From NCBI RefSeq assembly GCF_006345805.1, contig NC_043000.1:30752001-30816000 (forward strand): a stretch of DNA of 64,000 nucleotides. Reading direction: 5' to 3'. A program made the translations under genes and the position numbers. The notes beneath the pieces are model-generated. The model saw nothing but the letters and a program-made list of their open reading frames with translations, had not been told where the DNA came from and did no database searches. This DNA is from Octopus sinensis (taxonomy: Eukaryota). Each line of letters starts with the position of its first letter. Within the stretch, counting starts at the first letter, position 1. This document shows positions 12,813 through 25,350 of this stretch, one piece after another.

Positions 12813-13212
12813 TAGTAGTAGTTGTAGTATTTAGGAGGAAGCACTCCGGCGGTTACGGCGACGAGGGTTCCGGTTGATCCGAATCAACGGAACAGCCTGC
12901 TCGTGAAATTAACGTGTAAGTGGCTGAGCACTCCACAGACACGTGTACCCTTAACGTAGTTCTCGGGGATATTCAGTGTGACACAGAGAGTGACAAGGCC
13001 GGCCCTTTGAAATACAGGTACAACAGAAACAGGAAGTAAGAGTGAGAGAAAGTTATGGTGAAAGAGTACAGCAGGGATCACCACCATCCCTGCCGGAGCC
13101 TCGTGGAGCTTTTAGGTGTTTTCGCTCAATAAACACTCACAACCCCCGGTCCGGGAATCGAAACCGCGATTCTATGACCGCGAGTCCGCTGCCCTAACCA
13201 CTGGGCCATTGT
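12813..13212 (-). mobile_element. Full-length SINE (family C 3' half, alternative tRNA-like head)
   Basis: Minus-strand head CAATGGCCCAGTGGTTAGGGCAGCGGACTCGCGG...TTCGATTCCCGGACC. Confidence 0.88.
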
Positions 13213-13312
13213 AGTGGAGTGCTCAGCCACTTACACATTAATTTCACGAGCAGGCTGTTCCGTTGATTCGGATCAACCGGAACCCTCGTCGTCGTTACCG
13301 ACGGAGTGTTTC
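13213..13312 (+). mobile_element. SINE family C 3' fragment, abutting the head of the previous copy in the opposite orientation
   Basis: GTGGAGTGCTCAGCCACTTAC...GGAACCCTCGTCGTCG. Confidence 0.85.
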
Positions 13313-13321
13313 CTATCCTAA

Positions 13322-13558
13322 GGAGCTGAGTTAACAATCGTTAGCTTATGGGTTCAGTTCTCCATTTGGACGACACAAAGTCTCCTTGAGCAAGGTACTT
13401 CATTCTGCGCTGCACCAGTACAATCAACTGAAATTGAATAACTGTGGTTCCTGGGAATCAACCCTGTAGCGAACTGGAATTCCGTTCTCGTTGAGTATTG
13501 CAAAGTCAGACTGATGTCTTGAAAATCTAAATAACCTCCGACCCCATGAGCCCGTCTT
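13322..13558 (+). mobile_element. Old, diverged tRNA-SINE with conserved central domain
   Basis: GGGTTCAGTTC B-box-like motif, CCTTGAGCAAGGTACTTC, CAACCCTGTAGCGAACTGG, end CTCCGACCCCATGAGCC. Confidence 0.5.
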
Positions 13559-14931
13559 AAAAGCTTTGTTTTCTCTAGACTATGCATCTATTAGCACATG
13601 CAAACATATCTATGTGATTGTTGATTCTAGTATTTTTCTGGTAATTTTTTTTCTGTAATTTTACATTGAGAAACTCAGCAGTTAATTCATTGAGAAACAC
13701 ACTGAGGTGTAATTTCTCGTTCGCAAAACATTCAACTGCGCTATAACAACTCGTTATTTTGGACATTAATATTCCTCTTTACATATCATATGGGCGTTAA
13801 ATAACTGATAACTTAAAGCAATAACGTTATCGTTAACAGATATTAACGTTCAATAACGTGTTAATGGGAAAGAACGTATGAAATATATGTTGTGAACATA
13901 ATATCAATGCTGATCATAAAGACCAAAACACGCCTGTAAAAATAATTCGTTCTCTTCTATTACCGTTGAAACGATCTTTTATATAATTGTAATTTATTTA
14001 TTTCTTATGAGAGAGGAATTGCCAAAAAGCAATTCAATTAAAAGTTCAATAATAATGGAAAGCAGAAATGTTATATCTAACTTAGAATCTTCACAAAAAA
14101 CTCACAAAAGTTACAAAACACATTATTCTTAACAGAAATAACCTCTGGGGTTGAGGTGACTAAAACTGAATAACGGGAAAATTTTAAATAAGTATTTAGA
14201 GAATTTCTCGAAATGATTTAGAATATTATATATTTTCAAAGAGTTTTTTGAAAACTAATTCACAAATATAAATGTCTCTCCTTAAATAAAAGAATAATAG
14301 ATTGTAAGTATTTTTCTGTTGTATAAAGGAGTCATTTTTTAAAATTTTCAAATACTTGTAAATGAAATGTATTCATCGTAAATTTGATGGCGATTTTTAT
14401 TTTCATTTTGGATATATAAAGGAGGGGGAGGATAGGGAGGAGCGTCTTACATGAAGATATGTGCGGCTCATAATTAATTTACATTTATATAAGGTTGCCA
14501 CTGATGGTTATTTTACAGTTGTATAAGGTAACGCACGTAGAGAAATATGGCGAAAGAATGGATTTCAGATTCCTGTAATCTTGTTGGATAAGAACTTAGA
14601 AAAATGTTTTCGGGAGGTGAAACACAAGCGAAATAACAAAAAAAAATAATAAACTGAGTGAGAAGGAGAAGGACTTAGCTGAAATCGATGGAAAACCGGT
14701 TAGAAAATATGCGACCTAGCATAGAGGTAGGTTAGAACTGATTCTGTTATTGCCTGCGTATGGAATATGAAGGGAGAAAACCATTTGTATTACATAGGTA
14801 GAACTAATAAAGTTATTAATCTAAAAACTTCTGCTGCATCCTGGAAGAGTCATTATGCCAATAATAATCACATGCACTACTTCCATTTTACTTTTATTAC
14901 GCTCATTATTATTATTATTATATTATTATTA

Positions 14932-14977
<46 letters not shown>

Positions 14978-14978
14978 T

Positions 14979-15503
14979 ACTGTGGTAAAATATACGAAGC
15001 ACAGTATACCCATCATGACTACCCGTCTGATAAGGGTACACCAGGAACATGTATCAAAACCATATGTGCGCGATATGGTGATCTCATGTCAACAAAAACA
15101 GCACATGACCTTGCAGATGGGGCCCAGTTAGAATTTTCTTCTGGTCGAGTGACTCATCCCACTCAAAAGGTCCTTGAATAAGGGTTGTTCAAGGATGTTG
15201 AACGAAACACCCATGTTTTCAGAGGTGAATTATACAAACACCAAAGGATCCCTCTCAACACATGGCTATGATGCTCCCCCACTACTTCTGCTCGTGATCA
15301 AAGATGCACATATCGTCAACCATTAAGGGACATGCTCAACTGGTTTTGGTCAAACAACTGAGGAGCAAATCTCTGGTATTGAGCAGAATATTTGCTGTAG
15401 CCAATCTTTTATTCCAAGAAAAAACAATGTACATAATAACACTTCTAATCAGTTAAGATCAAAAGTCACATGAGCCACTGCCTGGTACTGCATCAGGGTA
15501 TTT
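14979..15503 (-). mobile_element. About 560-bp non-coding element in (TAA)n, copy 1
   Basis: Homologous to 19860, 42715, 45093, 46047 and 51873 copies; (ATT)n on both sides. Confidence 0.85.
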
Positions 15504-15544
15504 ATTATTATTATTATCATTATTATTATTAGTAGTAGTAGTAT

Positions 15545-15603
<59 letters not shown>

Positions 15604-15611
15604 TCATCATC

Positions 15612-16406
15612 ACTTTCTGCTGTGTTGTCTATTCTGTATTTTATGTAGTTTGTTCTTAGTGCTTGCTCTTAGGCAGCATAGATTAGAGCTTCCGTTTCCG
15701 GTTTTAAATCACTTTTAGTCATCTACAGCTAACTTTTTTTCTCTTTCTGTCTTATCTTTAACTTTCCTATGAAACTGACCGTGCATTCTTTTCTTCGCCC
15801 ATTTTCTGTTTCATTCGTTTTCAATTGCTTGTACAGTGCTTTATCTTTGCAATCTTTCATCCTACACAAGCCTGACATTCCTACGTCTAATGATAGTGGT
15901 TCTGTGGCATTTTTTACATACCATGCTATGTTGTTTTCTTCTGCTTTAATGCTGTGTTCGCATCCAATAAGTCCTCTTCCCCCTCATTCTCTTGGTGCAT
16001 ACAGTCTGTCTGTGTCACTTTTTGGGTGGAGTGTCCCAAATCTTGATAGCAACTTCCTTGTCTTTTTGCCTCAGCTGTTTAGTTCATCTACTGTCCATGC
16101 GATTATCCCTGCTCCATATCTAAGGAGTGAAACCGCCCAGGTGTTGATACTTTCGATCTTATTCCGTCCGCTTAATTTCGACTTAAGTATCAGTCTCGGT
16201 CTTCGCAAGTACTCCATCTAAATTTTTTCTGTCATTTCTTTCTCCATCAATTTATCCATTTCCAGTATCCCTAGGTGCTTATAACCCGTCTCTTCTATCT
16301 TCTTCATAAGCTCCCCTGACGGTATCGTTAGCCCGTCCATACATTTGATTTTGCCTCTCTTCAATACTGACACACCACACTTTCTCAGTCCGAACTCCAT
16401 TCTGAT

Positions 16407-16410
<4 letters not shown>
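15612..16410 (-). mobile_element. R4/Dong-like LINE fragment (end of RT to just before CCHC)
   Basis: DDIRMEFGLRKCGV..KRGK..YKHLGILE, GGRGLIGCEH, KSDLKPETEALIYAA*EQALRTNYIKYRID. Confidence 0.88.
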
Positions 16411-16444
<34 letters not shown>

Positions 16445-16486
16445 TAGTAGTAGTAGTAGTATTAGTATTATTATTATTATTATTAT

Positions 16487-16530
<44 letters not shown>

Positions 16531-17043
16531 TCGTTATCATCATCATCATTATTGTTATTATTAGTCAATACGTTAACATTTAACCAATTAATAATCCATT
16601 AATCCTAAAGTCAACAAGTCAATGAGCTAAATTTTTTAATGTCTTCTGGTTGCCATTCACGATTGTATCATTAATAACCAAAGTCAATCTGGCCATGGCC
16701 ATACCCTCACGTCTCTGACCATAGAGTGCATGTGAATACATTAACTCCATTTGTGCTTTATTAAATCAGTACAATAACAAACTACTGCAGACGTCATCCA
16801 ATCCAGCCACGACAGACCAACAAGTAAAATCTTTGTCGTTCACTCGTATGTGTATACTTTATGAAATATATGCAATCTCTTATCGGGTTTAAAGATAAAA
16901 GTTCAAAGTATGAGACGGCAAATATTGATCTTATCATAGGAACGATTTCATTCATGCGTAAGCAAAATTATATGTGTTACGTGCATGAGTGTGTATGTAC
17001 AAATATAGAGCCATACATATTACACACTGAATAATACGTGTAC

Positions 17044-17115
<72 letters not shown>

Positions 17116-17193
17116 TGTGCGCGTGTGTGTGTCTTTACGTAAATATATATATACATATATATACGCATATATACCCATGTATTATATGTATTT

Positions 17194-17244
<51 letters not shown>

Positions 17245-17303
17245 AATATGTTATGTGTATGTGTGTATATATACATATATATGCGCGCGCTTGTGCGTGT
17301 GTT

Positions 17304-17727
17304 TGTATGTATGTATGTATGTACGTATGATTGTACATGTATGTGTGTATGTATGTATGTATGTATGTATGTACGTATGATTGCACATGTATGTGTGTAT
17401 GTATGTATGTATGTATGTACGTATGATTGTACATGTATGTGTGTATGTATGTATGTATGTATGTATGTACGTATGATTGCACATGTATGTGTGTATGTAT
17501 GTATGTATGTATGTATGTATGATGTATGTATGTATGTATGTACGTATGATTGCACATGTATGTGTGTATGTATGTATGTATGTATGTACGTATGATTGTA
17601 CATGTATGTGTGTATGTATGTATGTATGTATGTATGTACGTATGATTGCACATGTATGTGTGTATGTATGTATGTATGTATGTATGTATGTATGTATGTA
17701 TGTATGTATGTATGTATGTATGTATGT
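17304..17727. repeat. Minisatellite (GTACGTATGATTGYACATGTATGTGT(GTAT)n) x7 in (TGTA)n
   Basis: Unit starts at 17321, 17371, 17417, 17467, 17540, 17586, 17636. Confidence 0.95.
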
Positions 17728-17930
17728 CTATTTACATTCATATGCGATTGTATGTTTTACAAAATAACAGCTGCATAGCATCTGTTTCGAAAATATATCC
17801 CGCATTTCAATAAAGTTCATCCAGGCGAGCTTTCAAATATTATTTAGCTTCTATTTATAATAAACTAACAGCGTTCAAATATTGCGTTTTTCGGTTATAG
17901 ATTTTGTTGTTTTTTTTTTCTTCTCTGCAG

Positions 17931-17965
17931 GCTGGAATATTTTCACCATAATTCTGAAGACCGCA
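17931..17965 (+). CDS. Candidate internal exon
   Basis: Very strong acceptor TTTTTTTTTTCTTCTCTGCAG; donor GCA|GTATGA; frames (G)WNIFTIILKTA or LEYFHHNSEDR. Confidence 0.3.
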
Positions 17966-18125
17966 GTATGATTCCTAATTCTCCAAACAGTGGAACGCTT
18001 CAAATGCGAATCGAAATAGGTTCCAATGCAATTATACCATCCTCTCGCATTTCCTGTTTTTCAGCAGAGAGATTCCTGGCTAAAGACGCAACAGAAACAT
18101 GTGCAGATGTTGCTCGAAGAATGAA

Positions 18126-18167
<42 letters not shown>

Positions 18168-18369
18168 GGCAATTATAAAGAATTTAGGACTGGAAGACAA
18201 CTACCACTTGCTACGTCGTGCTTTCATAAAACGACCGTCAATGTTGCAAGAAAATCACCATGGTGAATTTTGCATTTCCAAGCTTGTTTTTCATAGAATA
18301 ATCAGCGAAAATACGGATTAATTGTTATCACAGCTGCAGGCAATAAATCACCATTAATTAGGACGTCGC

Positions 18370-18605
18370 TTATTATCATCATCATCACCACCACCACCAC
18401 AACCACCACCACCATCATCATTACCATCATCATCATCATCATCATCATCGTCTTTGTTACTGTAGTGCTGTTGTTGTTGATATTATTATTATCATCATCA
18501 TCATGATCACCATCATCATCATCATAATCATCCCCACCACCACAACCACCACAACCACCATCATCATCATCATCATCATCATTAACATTATTATTATTAT
18601 TATTG
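18370..18605. repeat. Compound trinucleotide microsatellite (CAT/CAC/ATT)
   Basis: Direct inspection. Confidence 0.9.
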
Positions 18606-18749
18606 AGTCGACGAGCTGACAAAATTTGTATTGCGTTCTGAACCAAATCACGACGTGGTCAGTTTTGTTTTTTTTCCTTTTGGGTTTGATGAAATATGGC
18701 ACTAATCATGTAATGTGGTCAATGTAGTCGACTTGACCTCTCGCACTAA

Positions 18750-19622
18750 AATTGCTTGCTTTGAGCCAAAATTTGATAACATTGAGACTCTATGCGCCGA
18801 CGAGAACGAAACGGCTAGTCTATTCCGAAGGATTTTCCAGTCGGAAACTATCATGGATAATTTCCAGATGTCCTTGCCTTGCAGTGCTACCGAGAAGCGG
18901 GGCGCTACTGTGGATCTATAGACACGGGTGTGCTATCAGACGGATTTGTCTGGCGTGCGTGCAGAGGTGACGAAACCGTTCTGCACGCCCTCGTTCAGTG
19001 TCCGGGCATTGCTGACATGTGGGGTTATGATAAATAGCTGCTGTCACGTGTGGGACAGATCCGTCTGTCGGCCAGGTCTTCGGTGATGATTGCACCGCCG
19101 CCCTCCTTCAATCGGGCAGGCAAGGAAGTTTTCCTTTGCCTGGTGACTGTGGCAAAAGAGATTGTTTGGTGGACAAGGCTGAACGGACAGATTCATTCCT
19201 TTTTGGTAGAGCTCTCACTGAATTTTTCAAGTTTCACTTCAAGAGAAAATTTAGGGTGAAGAGGGAAGTGCTGTCTACGAGTGAGTGTACAGAAAGTTGC
19301 GAAAAGGGTAAGAGTAGATGGTACCTCCGACCTGTGAGTCGGAGAGAAGGAATTAGAGAGGACACTTGCTCATAGAGTTTCAGGGAAATCTTAGGCAATG
19401 GGATTCCTCGATTATTCTTAGAGGCATTCCTGTATCAGGAGGGCCACATCTCTATCATCCCCCTTTTCTTTTACATTTGTATGTATTACATATGTCTTTT
19501 TTCCACTGTATACCGTGTATACTTTTCTTTTAATCATTTTATTCTTATATGTAAACCCCCACATTTTATGTCTGTCTCTGTATTGTTTCCCCTCATTTCT
19601 TGCTCTTGTGGCAAATAAATGA

Positions 19623-19640
<18 letters not shown>
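18750..19640 (+). mobile_element. L1/Tx1-clade LINE 3' end, decayed
   Basis: DNFQ.SL..QCYREA..YRHG, zinc-knuckle CLAC..DETVLHALVQC, KEIVWWTRL; pyrimidine-rich 3' UTR, AATAAA and (TAA)n tail. Confidence 0.7.
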
Positions 19641-19678
<38 letters not shown>

Positions 19679-19727
19679 TAATAATAATGATAATAACAAT
19701 AATCACAATAATAATAATAATAACAAC

Positions 19728-19799
<72 letters not shown>

Positions 19800-19859
19800 T
19801 TAATAATCACAATGTTAATCATCATCATCATCATCATCATTATTATTATTATTACTATA

Positions 19860-20413
19860 GAGTGAGATAGCAGTGCACGCCGTCGAAGTGACACAGTGAT
19901 AAATTATACGAAGCCCTGTATGCTCGTCATGACTACCCCTATGAAAAGGGTACACCAGGCACATGCATCAGAACCATATGTGCCCAACGTGGCGAAATCA
20001 TATCAAGATTAACAGTGCAAGGCCTAGCAGGTTAGGCCCAGTTAGAATTTTCTTCAGGTCGAGTAGCCTATCCCGCTCAAAATGTACCTGACTGAGGGTT
20101 GCTTAAGGATGATGAGGAAACACCTTTGTTTCCAGATGTGAGTTATTCAAACGCCAACAAATTCCTCTCAACACATTGCTATGATGCTCCCGACTACTCC
20201 TACTCGTGATCAGAGTTGCACATACCATCATCCACCAAAGGACATGCTCAATTGGTTATGGTCAAACAACTGACAAGCAAGTCTATGGTAATGAGCAAAA
20301 TATTTGTTGTAACCCATCTTTTTTTACTAGGACAAAAGATGTACACAAGAAAACCTTTCAATCAGTTAAAATCAGGTGCCATGAGATCCCTTGCCCGGTA
20401 CGGCATCAGGACA
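19860..20413 (-). mobile_element. About 560-bp (TAA)n-embedded element, copy 2
   Basis: GAGTGAGATAGCAGTGCA...CCCGGTACGGCATCAGGAC. Confidence 0.85.
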
Positions 20414-20432
20414 ACTATTATTATTATTATTA

Positions 20433-20461
<29 letters not shown>

Positions 20462-20467
<6 letters not shown>

Positions 20468-20678
20468 CCTCTTTCTTCAAATTTTCTTCCATTTCTCGCT
20501 GAGTGTTTTCCGTACACCTAGGGCAGAGAAGCTCATTGTGTGCATTCCCAGATTACACTCGCAAATTTACAGGTAAAATATGTATTTAAAAAATTAATGA
20601 ATAAATAAATTCATGAATGGATGTTGTTTTCACAGCGATAATGCTCTTCTCAGTACATGAGCCGTTCCAGTTAACACG
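20462..20678 (-). mobile_element. R4/Dong-like LINE 3' terminus
   Basis: Minus strand VLTGTAHVLRRALSL* plus 3' UTR and (AAT)n tail; homologous to 45745-46025. Confidence 0.75.
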
Positions 20679-20754
<76 letters not shown>

Positions 20755-21974
20755 GTTATTATTATTCTTTTATTTTTTTATCTCAGGTTTTGTTGTAACT
20801 CCAAGAGTCTTGCATGCATAGCGGACTTTTTGCCTGCAGTCTATGGTACCATGCTATCTGTTCTTTTCAACTGTCTAATATTTCGAGCCTACGCTCTTCG
20901 GCAAAGAGTGATGGGAGTGGGGAGAACGTAAAAACGAAGAGAGAATAGAAATGTGTCGGGATTAATGGCTTAACATGAAGAAAGGACTGGAGAAAGATGC
21001 TGAGTGCAAGGGAGATAATAACGGTGATCTGGCTGAAGTGGTGTGTGCAAGTGAGTGTGTGTGTGTAAGAATGGCTTGTGTGAGAGTGTATGTGTGAATA
21101 GGGGGTGAGCGCGCGTGAGTGCATGGGTGGGCGAGTTTAAAATCATGCGAGCCTGTGCGCGCATATGAGAGTAATGTGTGTGTATGTGTTTAAGCAAACC
21201 AGTGTGTGTGTTGTGTGGGGTGATGTGTGTTCTATGTGTTTATGTATGTGAATGTGTATGGATGTGTGCATATGTGTGAGAGACTGCGTGTGTAGCACGA
21301 GTGTATGAGGTTATCAGGTGTGTACGTGCATGTGTGTATGCGCGCGGGCAAACGCTTGTGTGTTACAATTAATGTGGGCATGTTTGGCTAGTGTATATAC
21401 ATGAGTGTGTGTTATTACATACACACACATACACACACACTCCCACACATACATCGGTGTGTAATTTAGAACCCAACCAAAATTGCAATGTCAATATTTT
21501 GCGGTATTTCACCCCTATTTACGTCACACTTCCCACCGACCTACACATTGCCCTTTGGCATTTACCACTTCTGTAAAACAAGAATTAGATTCGATATAAT
21601 CGACTAAAACTACTGAAGAAGTTGCTCTAGGAGAGCTGCTCTGCAATTACTGGAACCATTAAGAAAATAAAAGAACTTCCTTATATCTAATTCCGTATAG
21701 TTTTTCTTTTCGTCTCGCTACTACTTCTATTTACGTCTTGTTATGTCTTGTTGTCTATACGCCATTGTCACACGGTAAATAATTTTATCAGTATGGATAT
21801 TATTTACAGCTATTTATCTATAATAATTGTATTCATATCAATAATAGTGATCTCGTGTAATAAATATTTAAAATCGATTATAATTATGTTTGTCGATATC
21901 AATTCTACTTCGCATTTGTCTATTTATCTTTCTACCTACCTAATCGATCTTTATATAAAATCTAATTTTGTCTT

Positions 21975-22021
21975 TCTCTTTTCCCCTACTACTACTACTA
22001 ATAATAATAATAATAATAATA

Positions 22022-22072
<51 letters not shown>

Positions 22073-22089
22073 TGATGATGATGATGATG

Positions 22090-22138
<49 letters not shown>

Positions 22139-22158
22139 TGATGATGATGATGATGATG

Positions 22159-22240
<82 letters not shown>
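21975..22240. repeat. (AAT)n/(GAT)n alternating block microsatellite
   Basis: Direct inspection. Confidence 0.95.
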
Positions 22241-22893
22241 ACACATGTATTTTAACATATACATCCATATACGTAGCTATATATATTAATATGCATACAT
22301 ATACACGCACATATAAATGTGTGTATATGTGTATGTATGTATACTCACTTGTTTCGTCAATTGTGTGCAGTTAACTGCGCCTTCTTATTTCATAAATATT
22401 ACACTATTGTCTAAAATATTGTCAAAACGTTACAACAAAAACTAACATTTCATGAACATTTTATTCTTTTATAGTTGTACACACAAACACGTAAACACGG
22501 TTTTGTGTGTGCGCATACAAACGCAGTTAACGATGTTCTTAAGAATGTATAGTTACAGCGAAAACAGACAAGATTATTCTTTCAAGATATAACACCCTGT
22601 ATAAACATTTATTTTCGGTTCACGTGAGACTACTATAAAAGATATAATTGAATTAACAATAAAAAATATATTTAATTTTGAAAAAAATAACAATCGATAT
22701 TGTACTGTTTCCTTTTATCTTCCTTTCTTTCTTAAGTAAACCTTCCAACCATCTAATTGTATTTAAACAAATATTAATTTCAATGACTATTTAATGTTTA
22801 TTACTTGTTAGCAATCTATCTCCGAATTTTATTACCGGATAGATATTGTGTTATATTTGGGAATACACAAATGCTCTGTTCATTCTTCCACAG

Positions 22894-22912
22894 GTTGGTC
22901 ATGTTCCAGGCT
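22894..22912 (+). CDS. Candidate 19-nt microexon
   Basis: TTCATTCTTCCACAG|GTTGGTCATGTTCCAGGCT|GTAAGTTT, near-consensus acceptor and donor. Confidence 0.35.
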
Positions 22913-23029
22913 GTAAGTTTTATGTTTCCCTCGGCTAAGATGTGTCTAATGCGAAAGACAACTGACATGGCTGTTATAAAAGCAAGCAGTTTGAAAGTTC
23001 AGCTCCTTATATATCAATGGTATAAGGCA

Positions 23030-23155
23030 ATGAGCTGGCAGAATCGTTGGAACGCTGGGCGAAATGCCTCGCGGTATTTCGACTGTCTTTACGTTCTGAG
23101 TTCAAATTCCGCCGAGGTCGACTTTGCCTTTCATCCTTTCGAGGTCGATAAATAA
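23030..23155 (+). mobile_element. SINE family B head fragment
   Basis: GAGCTGGCAGAATCG...GAGTTCAAATTCCGCCGAGGTCGAC. Confidence 0.85.
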
Positions 23156-24039
23156 ATATTCCGAAATTTCTGGCGTTTTGCCAAAATTTGAAACTAACAA
23201 TGATACAACGTATTTATTATACTTGACATAAAAAAGATTTATAGCCGGATATCTGAAAGGTAACGGGGTATAGGTTCGTTGATACTTATTGAAGAACGTG
23301 AAACCCTTCTGGATCAATCAATCACTCATCAAGCGACATTTTTATGTAGTGTAGCTAGTGAGGACACACCGCTGCTCATCAAGTTTACGATTTAAAATTA
23401 CATCGAGTGTTTACTCATTAAAATACAGCGACCAAAACCCGTCAATAAGTTGCCTTAAAAGTTTATCCTAAAAATTAACCGTAACACTGTAACAAATGCG
23501 GCCAATCTAAAGTGTCAGTTATGTTTTAAGGAAAACTATGCACGCGGTCCAGGGTTTCTCAGCGTGCATTTATATATCATTCTATTGCTTACATACTAGA
23601 TAAGAAATATGTTTCCAGATCAGCTATTTGAATAATTATTGCCAAAAAACTGAGTCGGGCACTCAAATTTAAAGAGATATAATAATCCTATTCTTTTTCG
23701 GAAAATTCTCTATTTAATCCGCCATTCATAGAGAATGGAACTTCTGTGTCCATATGTGTTCACAAAGCATATGGCACAGAGGTTTCTAAACAACTGAATC
23801 TTAAGGAAGATTACCAAAATGTAGATATAATAATATCATAAGAAGGAAATAAACATTTTATATTGTTGCTCATAGACAAGACACATCAAAAGCCGTTATT
23901 TATTGTCACCATGCTAAAGTATTTTCCTTGGGGGATGCGTGCTCACATGAGCACAAGATAGATTACGACTGATGAATAATAAAGCAGATATACTCGTATC
24001 CATAGAGAGCAGAGTTAGTAACATATTAATTGTAACATG

Positions 24040-25350
24040 TAAGATGAAAAAAATGCATTTCTTTCAATGTTTCTGCAAAGATCAGTCGTTCATTACATAA
24101 GCGAGTGAGAAGGAGAAATTGTGAGAAGCGCGTGAGTGAATTGCAAGGAAGAAAGTAAAATCAAGCTAGAAATGAGAGTGAATGGGTTTGTAGTAAATTG
24201 ATGTCGGGGTTGTTCGTAGAAGAAATTATTTAGTAGAATTTACGAAGGGGATACAGTCGTGAGATTGATATTGTTGCTGTAGGGTAATTATCGTGCCTGT
24301 TGATCTCTGGTATGTAATGCGAGGTCAGTTCAGTCATGACGGTACAGGTCGTATTATTTAGGATTTCATTTAGTAAACTGCAACAAAATTGAGCTTAAAT
24401 ATTATCAGCGAAGAGATTGGCGTAACTGAAGATCATACTAATGTACGTGGATACTCCTCACTCTTGTTGGTAGACAACACTCGAGAAGGAGAAGCATTTT
24501 GGCGCATGGAAGTAAACGACGTGAAATATAGAAGTGTTTGGTTAAAGTGTAACAAAGCGATAAATAGAATATTTTAATGTTGAAAGGTATTCCTTACTGA
24601 AGCAGACAGTGTAAAGGGGTTTTCCAGATTGTAGGCACGAGGTTTTGAAGTGTTAAGAAGTATAATGAAAATAGTTGCAGTTTTGCGTAGCAAGATTAGT
24701 GCCCTTAATAGAATCGAAGCCTTCTAGTGGTGTATAAAATGGTTAAGATAGCTACAGTGGGGGAACTACATAAGATTGATATTGGGAATACTATTTGAGA
24801 GAGATGAGTCACTTGGTAAAGTGACATCGGTATGGAGGATAGTAATAAGTGCTTCAGTGATTTTACGACAATGAGCAAGTTGGTGCGGTTGGCGCATTTT
24901 GGTGTTGGTGTGGAAATCAAAGTGTGATAGGTGTACAAGATTATAGATTTAGCGTGTTCGGAGTTACAGAGATTTGGGATAATGGGAATGTTGAATGCCA
25001 TATTCGGACGAATCGTTTGGTTTACATGGAACGAATGATGGAACGTATGAGTTGCAGATGCATTGTGGGATGTGCCGCGGAGCTATATTTAATGTATGGA
25101 TAAGAAGTTGGAAGGAATAGGCCGGAATTGGAGAAACGGAGTCTAAAACCTGGTTGACTGATGTGGCAACGGAGGTCAAGGCTGATGAAGTGCATGAGGG
25201 GGGAGAGATGCAGGGCCAAGGGGCGGGAAGCTGGTAAACGGGAAGAAGTAGATGCCTTTTTGAGTTGGCAGCGTAGATCCTGTATGAATTGCTTAAGTTT
25301 TGTATGGTGAGAAGAGGTCACATAAAGTCGCCATGATTGCTATATATCCT
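24040..25350 (-). mobile_element. Penelope-like element (PLE) reverse transcriptase, heavily decayed
   Basis: Minus-strand remnants YQQ..GV....FSYANLF, YYKPIHSH.*LDFTSS, SQFLLLTRLC resemble PLE RT motifs (GPSYANLF; YKPTDSH; SQFLRLRRLC). Confidence 0.6.

Noticed and set aside
14519-14527. 9-nt microexon TTGTATAAG
   Set aside because: Weak pyrimidine tract; such matches are expected by chance in 64 kb
16977-17778. Long ORFs up to 254 aa (YIHT/MYVC repeats)
   Set aside because: Translations of a (TGTA)n minisatellite, which is stop-free by composition
21748-22374. 208-aa poly-Ile/Met ORF and similar poly-I, L, Y and YIYI ORFs throughout
   Set aside because: Microsatellite artefacts
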